From assembly GCA_035458865.1 (NCBI GenBank), contig DATHYZ010000103.1:1-54789 (forward strand): a stretch of DNA of 54,789 bases, written 5' to 3'. The notes beneath the pieces are model-generated. The model ran no database searches. It worked only from the letters and a program-made list of their open reading frames with translations, and was not told the DNA's origin. Below are positions 8,659 through 17,903 of the stretch, in pieces. The position numbers and the translations under genes are program-made. Position 1 is the first letter of the stretch, and each line of letters opens with the position of its first letter. This DNA is from Candidatus Limnocylindrales bacterium (GTDB lineage Bacteria; Chloroflexota; Limnocylindria; Limnocylindrales; CSP1-4).

Positions 8659-9621
8659 TCAATCGGCGTCGGCGAACGGGACCGCGAGGCGATCCGGAGC
8701 GCTCGGATCGTCGGTCGGCACCGCCTCGAGGTCCGGGGCGATCCGCTTGTTGAGCCCGGTCAGGACGCGACCGGGGCCGATCTCGACGAGGATCGTGACG
8801 CCGTCGCCAGCCATCCGCTCGACGGCCGCGACCCAGTCGACGCCGGTCGTGAGGTGATCGACCAGCTCGGCCCGCGCGGCGTCGGCGGTCTCGATGAGCC
8901 TGGCATCGGCGTTCGTGAGGAGTGGCGGGTGGGGGTCCTCGAAGGGGATGTCGGCGAGGATCGCCCGCATCCCCACGGCCGCGTCGGCCATGAGCGGAGA
9001 GTGGGCCGCCACCGACACCGGCAGCTCGATGGCCCGCTTGGCCCCGAGGCCCTTGGCCAGGCCGATCGCCGCCTCGATGGCAGCGCGCTCCCCGGACAGG
9101 ACCACCTGCCCCGGCGAGTTCCGGTTGGCGACCCCGACGATGCCGCTGGCTCCCGCCTCGGCGAGGAGCTCCGGCAGCCGGGCGTCGTCGAGCCCGATGA
9201 CGGCGGCCATGCGCCCGTCGCGACCCTTCCCGGACGCCTGCATCTGGAGGCCCCGTTCGCGGACCAGTCGGACGCCATCGTCCAGGTCGAGCGATCCCGC
9301 GGCCACGAGGGCCGTGTACTGGCCCATCGAGTGGCCGGCCGAGAAGGCCGGGGCCGGCGGATCGATCCCCAGGGCCACCCAGCGCTCGCGGAGCGCCGCC
9401 AGGTAGGCGATCGAGGTCGCGAGCAGGGCCGGCTGGGCATTCTCCGTCCGGTTGAGCTCCTCTTCGGGGCCATCCCAGGCGAGTCGGCTGATCGGCTCGC
9501 CGAGGGCGGCATCGGCCGCCGCGAACACCGCGGCAGCAGCCGGCGACGACTCGGCGAGTGCGCGCCCCATGCCCACGGCCTGCGAGCCTTGGCCTGGGAA
9601 GACGAACGCGACGGTGGGCAC
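8659..9621 (-). CDS. fabD: Malonyl-CoA:ACP transacylase
   Basis: FVFPGQGSQAVGMG and the GHSMGQY active-site serine motif. GTG start with GGAGG 4 nt upstream. Confidence 0.92.
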   Translation of the reverse strand: MPTVAFVFPGQGSQAVGMGRALAESSPAAAAVFAAADAALGEPISRLAWDGPEEELNRTENAQPALLATSIAYLAALRERWVALGIDPPAPAFSAGHSMGQYTALVAAGSLDLDDGVRLVRERGLQMQASGKGRDGRMAAVIGLDDARLPELLAEAGASGIVGVANRNSPGQVVLSGERAAIEAAIGLAKGLGAKRAIELPVSVAAHSPLMADAAVGMRAILADIPFEDPHPPLLTNADARLIETADAARAELVDHLTTGVDWVAAVERMAGDGVTILVEIGPGRVLTGLNKRIAPDLEAVPTDDPSAPDRLAVPFADAD

Positions 9622-9700
9622 GGGACCTCCTGGAGACGGGCGACGGGATGGGCACAGCGTACGGCCGGACTGCCCACCACATGGACAGGTACTTGCAGGT

Positions 9701-9729
9701 TTGCATCAACCGGTCGCGCCAGATACGCT
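9701..9729 (+). promoter_or_regulatory. Candidate promoter TTGCAT-17 nt-TACGCT giving a leaderless MarR transcript
   Basis: -35 TTGCAT (9701-9706), a 17-nt spacer, -10 TACGCT (9724-9729), then 6 nt to ATG 9736 with no SD. A direct repeat TTGCA-N3-TTGCA (9693-9705) overlaps the -35 box. Confidence 0.45.
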
Positions 9730-9735
9730 CCGGTC

Positions 9736-10338
9736 ATGCCCGCCAGCCGACAACCGGACCCGGCCACCACGAGAGCAGCGCGTCGCCCCGCACGTCGACC
9801 TGCCCGGACCGGGACGATCGCCCGGGTCTTCGAGGCGGACCTCTCGGCCCCGGTGCTGGCCGCCAGTGGCCGCGTCTCCAACCCCCGCCAGATCTCGGAG
9901 CGGATCGCCATGGGTCGCGCGCTCTGGCGCGAGCTGGTGACCGGCTTCGCCACCCAGCTGGCCGAGCTCCGCCTGGGGTTCACCCAGCTGGCGGCGCTGT
10001 ACGTCCTCGCCGAGGGTCGGACGACCACCGTGACCGACCTGGCCGACGCCATCGGGCGTTCGCCGTCGGCGACCAGCCGCCTGGTCGACGGCCTGGTCCA
10101 GCGACGGCTCGTCGAGCGGCGGACGGAGGTCGAGGACCGCCGCCTGCGGACGCTCCGGTTGACGGCCCGCGGCCAGGCGATCCTGCGCGTCGTCGATCGT
10201 GGCCGGGCCGAGCAGTTCCTCGGGGCGGTCCGGGCGCTTCCCTCCGATGAGCGTCGCCTGATCGCGATGGGCGTCGCGGCGCTGGCGACCAACGCCATCT
10301 CGGATCGCGGCCGACTCGTCCGAGGCGGCCGCCGCTAG
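9736..10338 (+). CDS. MarR-family transcriptional regulator, divergent from the fabD operon
   Basis: Winged-HTH core [48 protein letters not shown]...[16 protein letters not shown] 9736 is supported by the leaderless promoter geometry. ATG 9910 is an alternative shorter start. Confidence 0.8.
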   Translation: MPASRQPDPATTRAARRPARRPARTGTIARVFEADLSAPVLAASGRVSNPRQISERIAMGRALWRELVTGFATQLAELRLGFTQLAALYVLAEGRTTTVTDLADAIGRSPSATSRLVDGLVQRRLVERRTEVEDRRLRTLRLTARGQAILRVVDRGRAEQFLGAVRALPSDERRLIAMGVAALATNAISDRGRLVRGGRR

Positions 10339-11978
10339 CGAGGAGCCAGCGAGCCCCGGATGACGAGCCCGAACAGGGCGATGGCTGCGACGACCAGGAC
10401 GACGCCGAAGGCGAGCGTGGGCAGCGTCGCCTCGCTGATCCGGAAGCCTCCGCTGCCGCCGGCGCTCGGGTCGGCCACGAGCCCGTCCTGGCCTCCGCCG
10501 GGAACGGATCCGCCACCTGCCGATCCGCCGCCGGCCTGGTCGCCCCCGGGTCCGGCGATGCCGCCGCCCGCGCTGACGGGCGGCGCTCCTCCGGGCGAGG
10601 CGCCCGGCGCACCGGCGCCGGGGGAGGCCGAGGGGGTCGGGGCGTCGGGTGGCGCGTCGGGAGCCGCTCCGGCGGCGTCGGTCACGACCACGACGCCGGC
10701 CATCTGCGGATGGAGGGTGCAGACGTAGCGATAGGTCCCGGGCGCGTCGAACCGCCTCGACCAGCGGCTCCCGGCGGCGACGAAGCCGCTGTCGAATCGC
10801 CCGGCCCGATCGGTGACGGTGTGCGGGGCGCGACCCGAGTTGACCCACGTCACGGTCGTCCCCGCCCGGACCGTGATCGAGGCCGGACGGTAGTCGAAGT
10901 CGGCCATCGTGACGCTCCCCGGGCTCCCCGTGCCGGGCGGCGGTCCGCCCGGGGCCGACGGCAGCGGCGAAGCCGGCGGCGGCGCGGAGCCGTCGGAGCC
11001 GGTGACCACGAGCGTCGCGGTCATCTCCGGATGGATCGTGCAGAGGTAGGGGAACGTTCCCGGCACGGAGAAGGTCCGGGCCCAGGTCCCGCCGCTGCCG
11101 ACGATCCCGCTGTCGAACGAGCCGTCCGCGGCGGTGGCGGTGTGAGGCGCCACTCCGGCGTTGACCCAGGCGACGCGGGTCCCCGCCGGCACGGTCAGCG
11201 AGGTCGGCGCGTACCGGAAGTCAAGCATCGTCACGCCCCCTGGAGGAGGTGTCGGAGCCGGGGTGGGGCTCGGCGCGGGAGTCGGGCTCGGTGCCGGCGG
11301 GGGGGTCGTGCCGGGCGCCGCGACCACGACGGTCCCGGTCATGTCGGGATGGAGGACACAGAAGTAGCGGAACGTCCCGGCGGTCGGGAAGGTCCGTCGG
11401 TAGGTCGCCCCGGGCGCCATCGTTCCGCTGTCCCACGAGCGGTCGTTGGCGGTCACCGTGTGATCGCGGGAATCGTCGTTCCGCCAGGTCACCGCGCCGC
11501 CGGGCGCGATCGTCACCGTCGCCGGTCGGAAGACCCGCCCGGCCATCCCGACCGAGGCCGCGGACGGAGGCGGGGTGGGGGTGCCGGGGCCCGGGCTCGA
11601 GCCTGGCGGGGGCGTCGGGGTCGAGGTCTCGGCGACGGTCACGCTGCCCCAGAACGCCGGGTCGTCCTTGTCGCGCTCATCGCGGTAGGCGGTGGTGCCG
11701 AGCGTCACGAAGGTGGTGGAGAAGGACTCGCCGGGGTCGATGTCGCCGGAGTCGAACTCCGTCGGCCCGCTCGTGGAGCGGACGCGGTGCCGGTTGCCCG
11801 ACTCGTTGACCCAGGTGACGACCGTCCCCGGTGCCACGGTGAGCTCCGCCGGCTCCAGGCGGTCGGTGATCCGGACGGTCACCGTGGCCGCATCCACGGC
11901 CGGGATCGCTGGACCCGATGCGAGCACGGCCATGACGGCGGCCAGGCCGAGCCCGAGACGGAATCTCCGACCGGTCAT
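10335..11978 (-). CDS. Secreted, C-terminally membrane-anchored protein with four tandem cupredoxin (amicyanin/plastocyanin-like) domains
   Basis: Signal peptide [30 protein letters not shown]. Three domains carry a His plus a C-x2-H-x2-M loop ([24 protein letters not shown]). The first domain lacks the Cys loop. Pro-rich linkers join the domains. The C-terminus is Gly-rich and ends in a hydrophobic helix plus basic residues. Confidence 0.85.
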   Translation of the reverse strand: MTGRRFRLGLGLAAVMAVLASGPAIPAVDAATVTVRITDRLEPAELTVAPGTVVTWVNESGNRHRVRSTSGPTEFDSGDIDPGESFSTTFVTLGTTAYRDERDKDDPAFWGSVTVAETSTPTPPPGSSPGPGTPTPPPSAASVGMAGRVFRPATVTIAPGGAVTWRNDDSRDHTVTANDRSWDSGTMAPGATYRRTFPTAGTFRYFCVLHPDMTGTVVVAAPGTTPPPAPSPTPAPSPTPAPTPPPGGVTMLDFRYAPTSLTVPAGTRVAWVNAGVAPHTATAADGSFDSGIVGSGGTWARTFSVPGTFPYLCTIHPEMTATLVVTGSDGSAPPPASPLPSAPGGPPPGTGSPGSVTMADFDYRPASITVRAGTTVTWVNSGRAPHTVTDRAGRFDSGFVAAGSRWSRRFDAPGTYRYVCTLHPQMAGVVVVTDAAGAAPDAPPDAPTPSASPGAGAPGASPGGAPPVSAGGGIAGPGGDQAGGGSAGGGSVPGGGQDGLVADPSAGGSGGFRISEATLPTLAFGVVLVVAAIALFGLVIRGSLAPR

Positions 11979-12069
11979 GCGGCGCTGGTTCCGGCGGTCG
12001 TCGGCATCGCTGGTCCTCCCGGGTTCGGATCGGCACGGGCGCGAGGATGGACCGGGCGCAAGGACGCGC

Positions 12070-12088
12070 ACGGACACCCATTGTCCGT
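12070..12088. promoter_or_regulatory. Perfect palindrome ACGGACA-CCCAT-TGTCCGT, adjacent to TATCGATA, upstream of the multi-cupredoxin gene; candidate operator
   Basis: The inverted repeat is read directly. It lies in a locally AT-richer patch about 92 nt upstream of ATG 11978. Confidence 0.3.
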
Positions 12089-12144
12089 TATCGATACCGA
12101 GGCAGCCGGTGCCCGAAAGGTTTCAGCGCCCGGCGTGGCCCTGG

Positions 12145-13575
12145 TCAGCCGCCGTAGCGGCGGACGACGTCGTACAGGACCGGCAGACCGAAGCGCAGCG
12201 CCTCGAGTGAGACCCGCTCGTCGGTGCCGTGGAACCGCTCGAGGAAGCGCTCGTCCGGATCCAGGCGGAGTGGGCTGAAGCCGTAGGTCGGGACGCCGAG
12301 CTTCATCGTGTGCTTGGCGTCGGTCGCGAAGGGGGCCATGGCCGGAGCGGGGACGGCCTCGGGGTCGTGGTCGACCAGGGTCGCCGCCATGATCTCGTAG
12401 AGCTCGCCGTCGGCCGGGGCCTCGACGGCGGGAGCCACCAGGTACGGCTCGATCTCGCAGGCCGCGGCCAGGTCCTCCCCGAGCCGCGTCAGGATGCCGG
12501 CTCGCAGGTCCGCCTCGGTCGTGCCCGGCAGGGTCCGGCAGTCGATGTGCACCTCGGCCGTGCCCGGGATGACGTTGTACTTCACCCCGGCCGCGATGAT
12601 GCCGGTGCTGATCGTGTCGCGGAGGAGCGCTCGTCCGGCCCGCGCCAGGCTCGGGTCGCAGGCCTTCTCCAGGGCGGCATCGGCACCGGGATCGCCTGCG
12701 GCGAGACCCCGGAGGAGGGTGGCCGTCTCCCCGCCCGTCGCGTCGGCGGCGGTCCGGAGGAACCGGGCCATGACCGGGGTCACCCGTGGCTCCCAGGGCT
12801 CGGCCAACCGGGTCACGATGGCCGCCGCGCGGACGGCCGCGTTGTCGGGCCGGGGCATCGAGCCGTGCCCCCACGTCCCCCGAACGGTGATCCGGTAGAC
12901 CGCGTAGCCCTTCTCGGCGACCCCGATCGGATAGAGCCGTCGGCCGCCCACCGTCACCGAGACACCGCCGCATTCATTGAGGGCGCCGTCGGCGCGAAGC
13001 CAGTCCGGGCGGTGCTCGACGATCCAGCCGGCGCCGGCATGGCCGCCGGCCTCCTCGTCGGCGGTGGCGGCGAACAGGACGTCCCGCCGCAGGCCGGGGA
13101 TGGGGTCCGTGGCCGGGTCGCGGCCGGCCGCGCGCGCCTCCCGGGCGAGGGCGAGGATGACGGCCACCTCCATCGCCACCATGCCCTTCATGTCGACCGC
13201 GCCGCGGCCCCAGACGTAGCCGTCGGCCACGTCCCCGCCGAACGGTTCGTGGGTCCAGCCCTCGGGCGGCGCCGGCACGACGTCCAGGTGGGACAGGAGC
13301 AGCAGCGGTCCGCCGCCGGTCCCGTCACCCCTCAGGCGGGTCGCCACCGACCCGCGGCCCGGGAACGGCTCGACGACCTCGGGTCGCAGGCCCTCCGCCG
13401 CGAGTCGGTCGGCGACCAGGCGGGCGGCCCGCAGCTCGCCGTCGCCCGGGGCCTCGGGCGGGTTGACCGACGGGATCCTGATCAGCTCGCGGAGCAGCTC
13501 GACGAGCTCGGCATGGGCGGTCGCCCAGGCGGCCGGGTCGATGGCGGCGGACGGAAGGCCGCGGCCCTGGGCCAT
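12145..13575 (-). CDS. M20/M25/M40-family metallopeptidase (dipeptidase-like)
   Basis: LIRIPSVNPPE, LLLSHLDVVPA, and later motifs typical of M20 (ADEE..GG, GHGS). Confidence 0.85.
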   Translation of the reverse strand: MAQGRGLPSAAIDPAAWATAHAELVELLRELIRIPSVNPPEAPGDGELRAARLVADRLAAEGLRPEVVEPFPGRGSVATRLRGDGTGGGPLLLLSHLDVVPAPPEGWTHEPFGGDVADGYVWGRGAVDMKGMVAMEVAVILALAREARAAGRDPATDPIPGLRRDVLFAATADEEAGGHAGAGWIVEHRPDWLRADGALNECGGVSVTVGGRRLYPIGVAEKGYAVYRITVRGTWGHGSMPRPDNAAVRAAAIVTRLAEPWEPRVTPVMARFLRTAADATGGETATLLRGLAAGDPGADAALEKACDPSLARAGRALLRDTISTGIIAAGVKYNVIPGTAEVHIDCRTLPGTTEADLRAGILTRLGEDLAAACEIEPYLVAPAVEAPADGELYEIMAATLVDHDPEAVPAPAMAPFATDAKHTMKLGVPTYGFSPLRLDPDERFLERFHGTDERVSLEALRFGLPVLYDVVRRYGG

Positions 13576-13578
13576 CGG

Positions 13579-13896
13579 TCAGACGCCCAGGAGGTCGCCG
13601 ACGATCACCCCGATCAGGCCCAGGACGAATCCACCCAGGACGATCGCGATCACCATGGCCGCGAGGAGGCGGACGTAGCGTCGCTCGTGCTGCACGGCCT
13701 GCTGGAGGTCGGGGTCCTCGCCGCCGGTGATGTAGAGGCCCGGCAGGCCCTTGTCGCGGGCGATCGCGGCCCTCGCCGTGTAGGCCTCCGGCGGGATCGG
13801 CGCACCCGTCGCGGCCTTCGCCGGCTGCTCGGGGTCGGACGCGTCCGGCGGGCTCGGTGCCGTGTCGTCGTTCACGGCGCCATCATGCCCCAGCAT
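13579..13896 (-). CDS. Small tail-anchored membrane protein, hypothetical
   Basis: C-terminal TM helix LLAAMVIAIVLGGFVLGLIGVIVGDLLGV. Its stop lies 3 nt upstream of the M20 start. The start codon is uncertain. Confidence 0.5.
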   Translation of the reverse strand: MLGHDGAVNDDTAPSPPDASDPEQPAKAATGAPIPPEAYTARAAIARDKGLPGLYITGGEDPDLQQAVQHERRYVRLLAAMVIAIVLGGFVLGLIGVIVGDLLGV

Positions 13897-13963
13897 CGCC
13901 GGGCACGCGTGCGAGAGGCCGTCCGGTGCGTCCGCGGGTCGGCCGGCCGGCGCGGCCCGAGGG

Positions 13964-14848
13964 TCACCCGAGCCCCTCCCGCAGGGGGATCGCCACCTCC
14001 CGGGCCAGCGTCCGGAGGCCCTCCGGGCCCAGGCTCGGGCGAAGTGCGAGGACGAGCTCGGTGGCGCCGGCCCGGGCCATGGCGAGCCCCGCCTCGACCG
14101 AGCGGCGATGGGCGCCGCGGTCCGTCCCGGTCGCGATCTGGCCGACGAAGGCGAAGGCAGCCGGGTCGCGGCCCTCCGCCTCCAGGGCCCGCAGCAGCGC
14201 GTCCCGGCGGTCGACGAGGTAGGGCACGTCGTCGGCTCGATCGCCCGGCAGGATCCAGCCGTCGGCCGACCGGGCGGCGAGCGCGATCCCTCGTCGCTTC
14301 TGGCCGCCGAGGTAGATGGGCGGGCCGCCGGGCCGGGCCGGTCCGGGTTCGTTCGTCGCCTCGGACAGCGGGTAGAAGGGGTCCGGCCGGGTCACGCCCG
14401 GAGGCGACGCCGCCTCGGGTGAGAAGAGCGCCCGGAGCACCCCGACGGCGCTCTCGAGCCGGTCGATCCGCTCGCCGATCGGTGGCAGGTCGAGCCCGAA
14501 GGCCCGGTGCTCCCCCTCGTGCCATCCGGCGCCGAGCCCGACGATGAACCGGCCGCCCGACGCGAGGTCGAGCACGGTGGCCGACTTGGCCAGGACCGCG
14601 GGGTGGCGGAAGGTGTTGGACAGGACGCCGTGCCCGAGCCACTTGCCCGGGACGTGGTGGGCCAGCACCGCCATCGCCGTGAGCGCCTCCAGGCTGGGGC
14701 CGCTGCGGTCGGGGGCCATGTCGGTCAGGTGGTCGTTCATCCAGCCACCGTCGAGGACCGCCAGCTCCCCGGCTGCCGCCCAGGTCGCGTCGAGGGTCGC
14801 CCAGTCCACCTGCTGGGGTGATGTCTTGAACCAGAGACGGACGCTCAT
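13964..14848 (-). CDS. Luciferase-like monooxygenase (LLM) class oxidoreductase, probably F420-dependent
   Basis: LEALTAMAVLAHHV, NTFRHPAVLAKSATVLDLASGGRFIVGLGAGWHEGEH. The start overlaps the stop of the GNAT gene by 4 nt. Confidence 0.8.
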   Translation of the reverse strand: MSVRLWFKTSPQQVDWATLDATWAAAGELAVLDGGWMNDHLTDMAPDRSGPSLEALTAMAVLAHHVPGKWLGHGVLSNTFRHPAVLAKSATVLDLASGGRFIVGLGAGWHEGEHRAFGLDLPPIGERIDRLESAVGVLRALFSPEAASPPGVTRPDPFYPLSEATNEPGPARPGGPPIYLGGQKRRGIALAARSADGWILPGDRADDVPYLVDRRDALLRALEAEGRDPAAFAFVGQIATGTDRGAHRRSVEAGLAMARAGATELVLALRPSLGPEGLRTLAREVAIPLREGLG

Positions 14849-15837
14849 CGGGGCTCCTCCGTGGTCGGCGCCAGCGGTCCTCGCATGAGGAACCGGTCCG
14901 GCAGCGGGCGGTAGCCCAGCCCCTCGTTGATCGTCCGCATCGGTGCGTTGTCGATGTCGTTCGTCGTCTCGAGGGCGACGAGCCCCTGGCGGATGGCCCA
15001 GGCGATCGTCGCCCGCTTGAGCGCGCTGGCGACCCCCTGACCGCGAGCCTCCGGGAGGACCGCGGTCATGTCGTGCATGCCGACCTCGGGTCGGGATTCC
15101 GGGACGTTGAGGTTCGCGTAGCCGACGACCCGGTCGTCGCCGTCGACCGCCATGAAGAACGCGTCGGCCCGGTTCCCCGGGGATTCGACGTCCCGGGCCC
15201 GGAACTCCTCGAAGGAACCGGCGGCCATGGGCTCGCTGCCGGGGATGTCCGGGAAGGCGACGACCGCCACGGCGTGCGCTCCGGGGAGCAGGTCGGGTCG
15301 CTCGGCGAGGGTGACGATCCGGATGCCTGCCGGGAGCTCGACGGTGGGCTCGCGACGGCCCGCCAGGTCGAGTCGGACGGCCTTCGCCGTCTCGATGATC
15401 CCGAACCCGCGGTGCTCGAGGAACGCGAGCGCCTCCGGGCGGGCCGTCGAGACCATGGTCTCCAGGGCGACCTTGCCGGCCGCTCGCGCCACGCCGGACA
15501 CCGACGCGAGCAGGCGGCCCCCCACACCCCGGAGTCGCGCCTCCGGGACGACCCCCAGCGACATCCAGTAGGCGTCGTACTCGGCCGGCAGGACGAAGAT
15601 CCGTCCGACATCGGCGACCCCGACGGCCTGCCCCTCGGGTGTCTCGGCGAGGAAGAGGGCGGCGCCGGGATGCAGATCGCGGGCCCAGCGCACGAAGGCG
15701 GCATCGCGGGGCTCGTCCGGTGCCGTCGCGGTGAAGACCCGGGCGGCCGCCTCGAAGTCGGCGTCGTCGTCGACGACCCGCCGGATCCGGACGGTCGGCT
15801 CGGCCGCGACGGCGGGCCGACCGGTCAGGTCGGTCAC
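14845..15837 (-). CDS. Tandem-GNAT N-acetyltransferase (two acetyltransferase folds in one chain)
   Basis: Two GNAT-like halves, each with a Q/RxxGxG/A-type loop ([10 protein letters not shown] and [10 protein letters not shown]). The start overlaps the ilvD stop (ATGA). Confidence 0.75.
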   Translation of the reverse strand: MTDLTGRPAVAAEPTVRIRRVVDDDADFEAAARVFTATAPDEPRDAAFVRWARDLHPGAALFLAETPEGQAVGVADVGRIFVLPAEYDAYWMSLGVVPEARLRGVGGRLLASVSGVARAAGKVALETMVSTARPEALAFLEHRGFGIIETAKAVRLDLAGRREPTVELPAGIRIVTLAERPDLLPGAHAVAVVAFPDIPGSEPMAAGSFEEFRARDVESPGNRADAFFMAVDGDDRVVGYANLNVPESRPEVGMHDMTAVLPEARGQGVASALKRATIAWAIRQGLVALETTNDIDNAPMRTINEGLGYRPLPDRFLMRGPLAPTTEEPR

Positions 15838-17573
15838 GTACGGGTCAGCTCGGCGGCGAGGCGGGCACCGGTGGTCACGGCGCCCTCGGACGCCGAGCTG
15901 ACCAGGGCCGCGTACTTCGCCAGGACCCCGGTGCGGTAGCGCGGCTCGGGTGGCGACCAGGACGCCCGGCGACGGGCCAGCTCGTCGTCGGGGAGGTCAA
16001 GGTCGAGCCGCTTGGCGTCGACGTCGATGACGATCCGGTCGCCCTCCTCGACGAAGGCGATGGGGCCGCCCAGGGCCGCCTCCGGGGCGACGTGGCCGAT
16101 CATCAGCCCGTGCGTGCCGCCGGAGAAGCGTCCGTCCGTCAGGAGGGCGACGGAGTCGCCGAGGCCCTCCCCCACGAGGGCGGCGGTCACGCTCAGCATC
16201 TCCTGCATCCCGGGGCCCCCGACCGGGCCCTCGTTGCGGATCACGACGACGTCGCCGGGCCCGATCCGCTGCGCCTTGACCGCCTGGAAGCAGTCGGCCT
16301 CCGACTCGAAGACCCGGGCCGGGCCCTCGTGCCGACGACGCTCGTGGCCGGCCAGCTTGACCACGCAGCCGTCCGGGGCCAGCGATCCCCGCAGGATGGT
16401 CAGGCCTCCGACCGGCTTGATGGGCGTCTCGATCGGGACCACGACCTGCTGACCCGGGGTCGCGACGGCGTCCGCGGCGATCCGGGCGATGGTCCGCCCG
16501 TCCACGGTCCGCGCGCCACCGTGGAGGAGGTCCCGCTGCAGCAGCTCGCGCATCACGAGGCCGATGCCGCCGGCCTCGAACATGTCGGCGGCCGTGAACC
16601 GTCCGCCCGGCTGCATGTCGGCGACGATGGGCGTCCGGTCGGCGATGGCGCCGAACTCGTCGAGCTCGAGGGGGATGCCGAACTCGTGGGCGATCGCCAG
16701 CAGGTGGAGGACGCCGTTCGTGCTCCCGCCGGTCGCGGCCACCGAGGCGATGGCGTTCTCGATGGCGGCCCGGTTCACGATCGACGAGGGCCGGATGTCG
16801 TGGCGGACCAGGGTCATCGCCAGCTCGCCCGAGCGACGGGCGGCCGTCTCCTTGTCCGGGTGCTCGGCCGGGATGCCGTTGAGGCCGGCCGGGCTGAGGC
16901 CAAGGAACTCCAGGGCGCCCGCCATCGTGTTCGCGGTGAACTGGCCGCCACAGGCGCCCGCCCCTGGGCAGGCGGCGTTCTCGACCTCGTAGAGCTCCTC
17001 GAGGGAGATCTTCCCGGCTCGATAGGCGCCGACCGCCTCGAAGACGGTCACGATGGTCGCGTCACGCTTGCCCTTGTAGACCCCCGGGTAGATCGTGCCG
17101 TTGTAGAGGACCAGCCCCGGGATGTCGAGGCGGGCGAGGGCCATCGCCCCCGCCGGGATCGTCTTGTCGCAGCCGACCAGGCAGACCAGGCCGTCGAAGA
17201 GGTGGCCACGAGCGACGAGCTCGATGGAGTCGGTGATGACCTCGCGGCTGACGAGCGAGGCCTTCATGCCCTCGGTGCCCATCGACACGCCGTCGGACAC
17301 GGCGACGGTGTTGAACTCCATGGGCGTCCCGCCGGCGGCCCGGATGCCCTCCTTGACCAGCTCGGCCAGGCGCCGCTGGTTGTAGTTGCAGGGCATCGTC
17401 TCGATCCAGGTCGTCGCCACGCCGACGATCGGCTTGGCGAGGTCGTCGTCGGTGAAGCCGATGGCCTTGAGCATGGCCCGGGCCGGGGCGCGGTCCGGTC
17501 CGTCCGTCAGGGCATGGCTCTTGCGCTTGCCGACGTCGGTGGGGCGGTCGTAGGGGAGCCAGTGATCGGACAT
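15834..17573 (-). CDS. ilvD: Dihydroxy-acid dehydratase
   Basis: [29 protein letters not shown], and homology along the whole length. I use ATG 17573 (MSDHWLPYD), not the 65-codon upstream extension in the track. Confidence 0.93.
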   Translation of the reverse strand: MSDHWLPYDRPTDVGKRKSHALTDGPDRAPARAMLKAIGFTDDDLAKPIVGVATTWIETMPCNYNQRRLAELVKEGIRAAGGTPMEFNTVAVSDGVSMGTEGMKASLVSREVITDSIELVARGHLFDGLVCLVGCDKTIPAGAMALARLDIPGLVLYNGTIYPGVYKGKRDATIVTVFEAVGAYRAGKISLEELYEVENAACPGAGACGGQFTANTMAGALEFLGLSPAGLNGIPAEHPDKETAARRSGELAMTLVRHDIRPSSIVNRAAIENAIASVAATGGSTNGVLHLLAIAHEFGIPLELDEFGAIADRTPIVADMQPGGRFTAADMFEAGGIGLVMRELLQRDLLHGGARTVDGRTIARIAADAVATPGQQVVVPIETPIKPVGGLTILRGSLAPDGCVVKLAGHERRRHEGPARVFESEADCFQAVKAQRIGPGDVVVIRNEGPVGGPGMQEMLSVTAALVGEGLGDSVALLTDGRFSGGTHGLMIGHVAPEAALGGPIAFVEEGDRIVIDVDAKRLDLDLPDDELARRRASWSPPEPRYRTGVLAKYAALVSSASEGAVTTGARLAAELTRT

Positions 17574-17589
17574 CGGGATCCTCGAGGGT

Positions 17590-17858
17590 GTGCTGCGTCG
17601 CGGTCCCAAGTCTACGGTGGCCCAGCTTGACAAGTACCGGCTGGCTTCGCGTCCGCCGGGAGCGGCCTGGTGCTCGCCGGCGTCGGGCCGGATCCGCGCC
17701 ACGTCCTCGAGCGGACCGGCATCCTGGAGCGGCTGGGCGAGAAGAACGTCATCGCTCCGGATCCGCACCCTGGCCTCGCGTTCGAGCAGTGCCTGCGGCG
17801 CGGCGAGGAGCTGCTCGACGAGCTTCGTGCGGCTTCCTCGATACCATCGGAGCGATGA
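17590..17858 (+). pseudogene. Decayed remnant of the C-terminal STAS domain of a SulP-type sulfate permease
   Basis: ...[31 protein letters not shown]... matches the STAS C-terminus of SulP transporters. The preceding piece ([11 protein letters not shown]) is in another frame and separated by a TGA. No transporter body remains, because the ilvD start is only 17 nt away. Confidence 0.4.
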
Positions 17859-17903
17859 CCGATCCGACCTGCCCGACGCACACGGACATCAGGAGACTCG
17901 ACC

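Noticed and set aside
8630-9709. N-terminal 360-aa extension of the 780-aa ORF 7367..9709, which would fuse sequence over fabD to the KAS gene
   Set aside because: The extension is Arg/Gly/Pro-rich and overlaps fabD in another frame. A GTG with an AAGGAG SD at 8629 gives a normal-length KAS starting RRVVITGLG.
10335-10460. Sortase (LPXTG) sorting signal at the C-terminus of the multi-cupredoxin protein (sequence LPTLAFG)
   Set aside because: The motif does not fit LPXTG or LAXTG, because there is no Thr-Gly at positions 4-5. A plain C-terminal TM anchor with basic residues explains the sequence.
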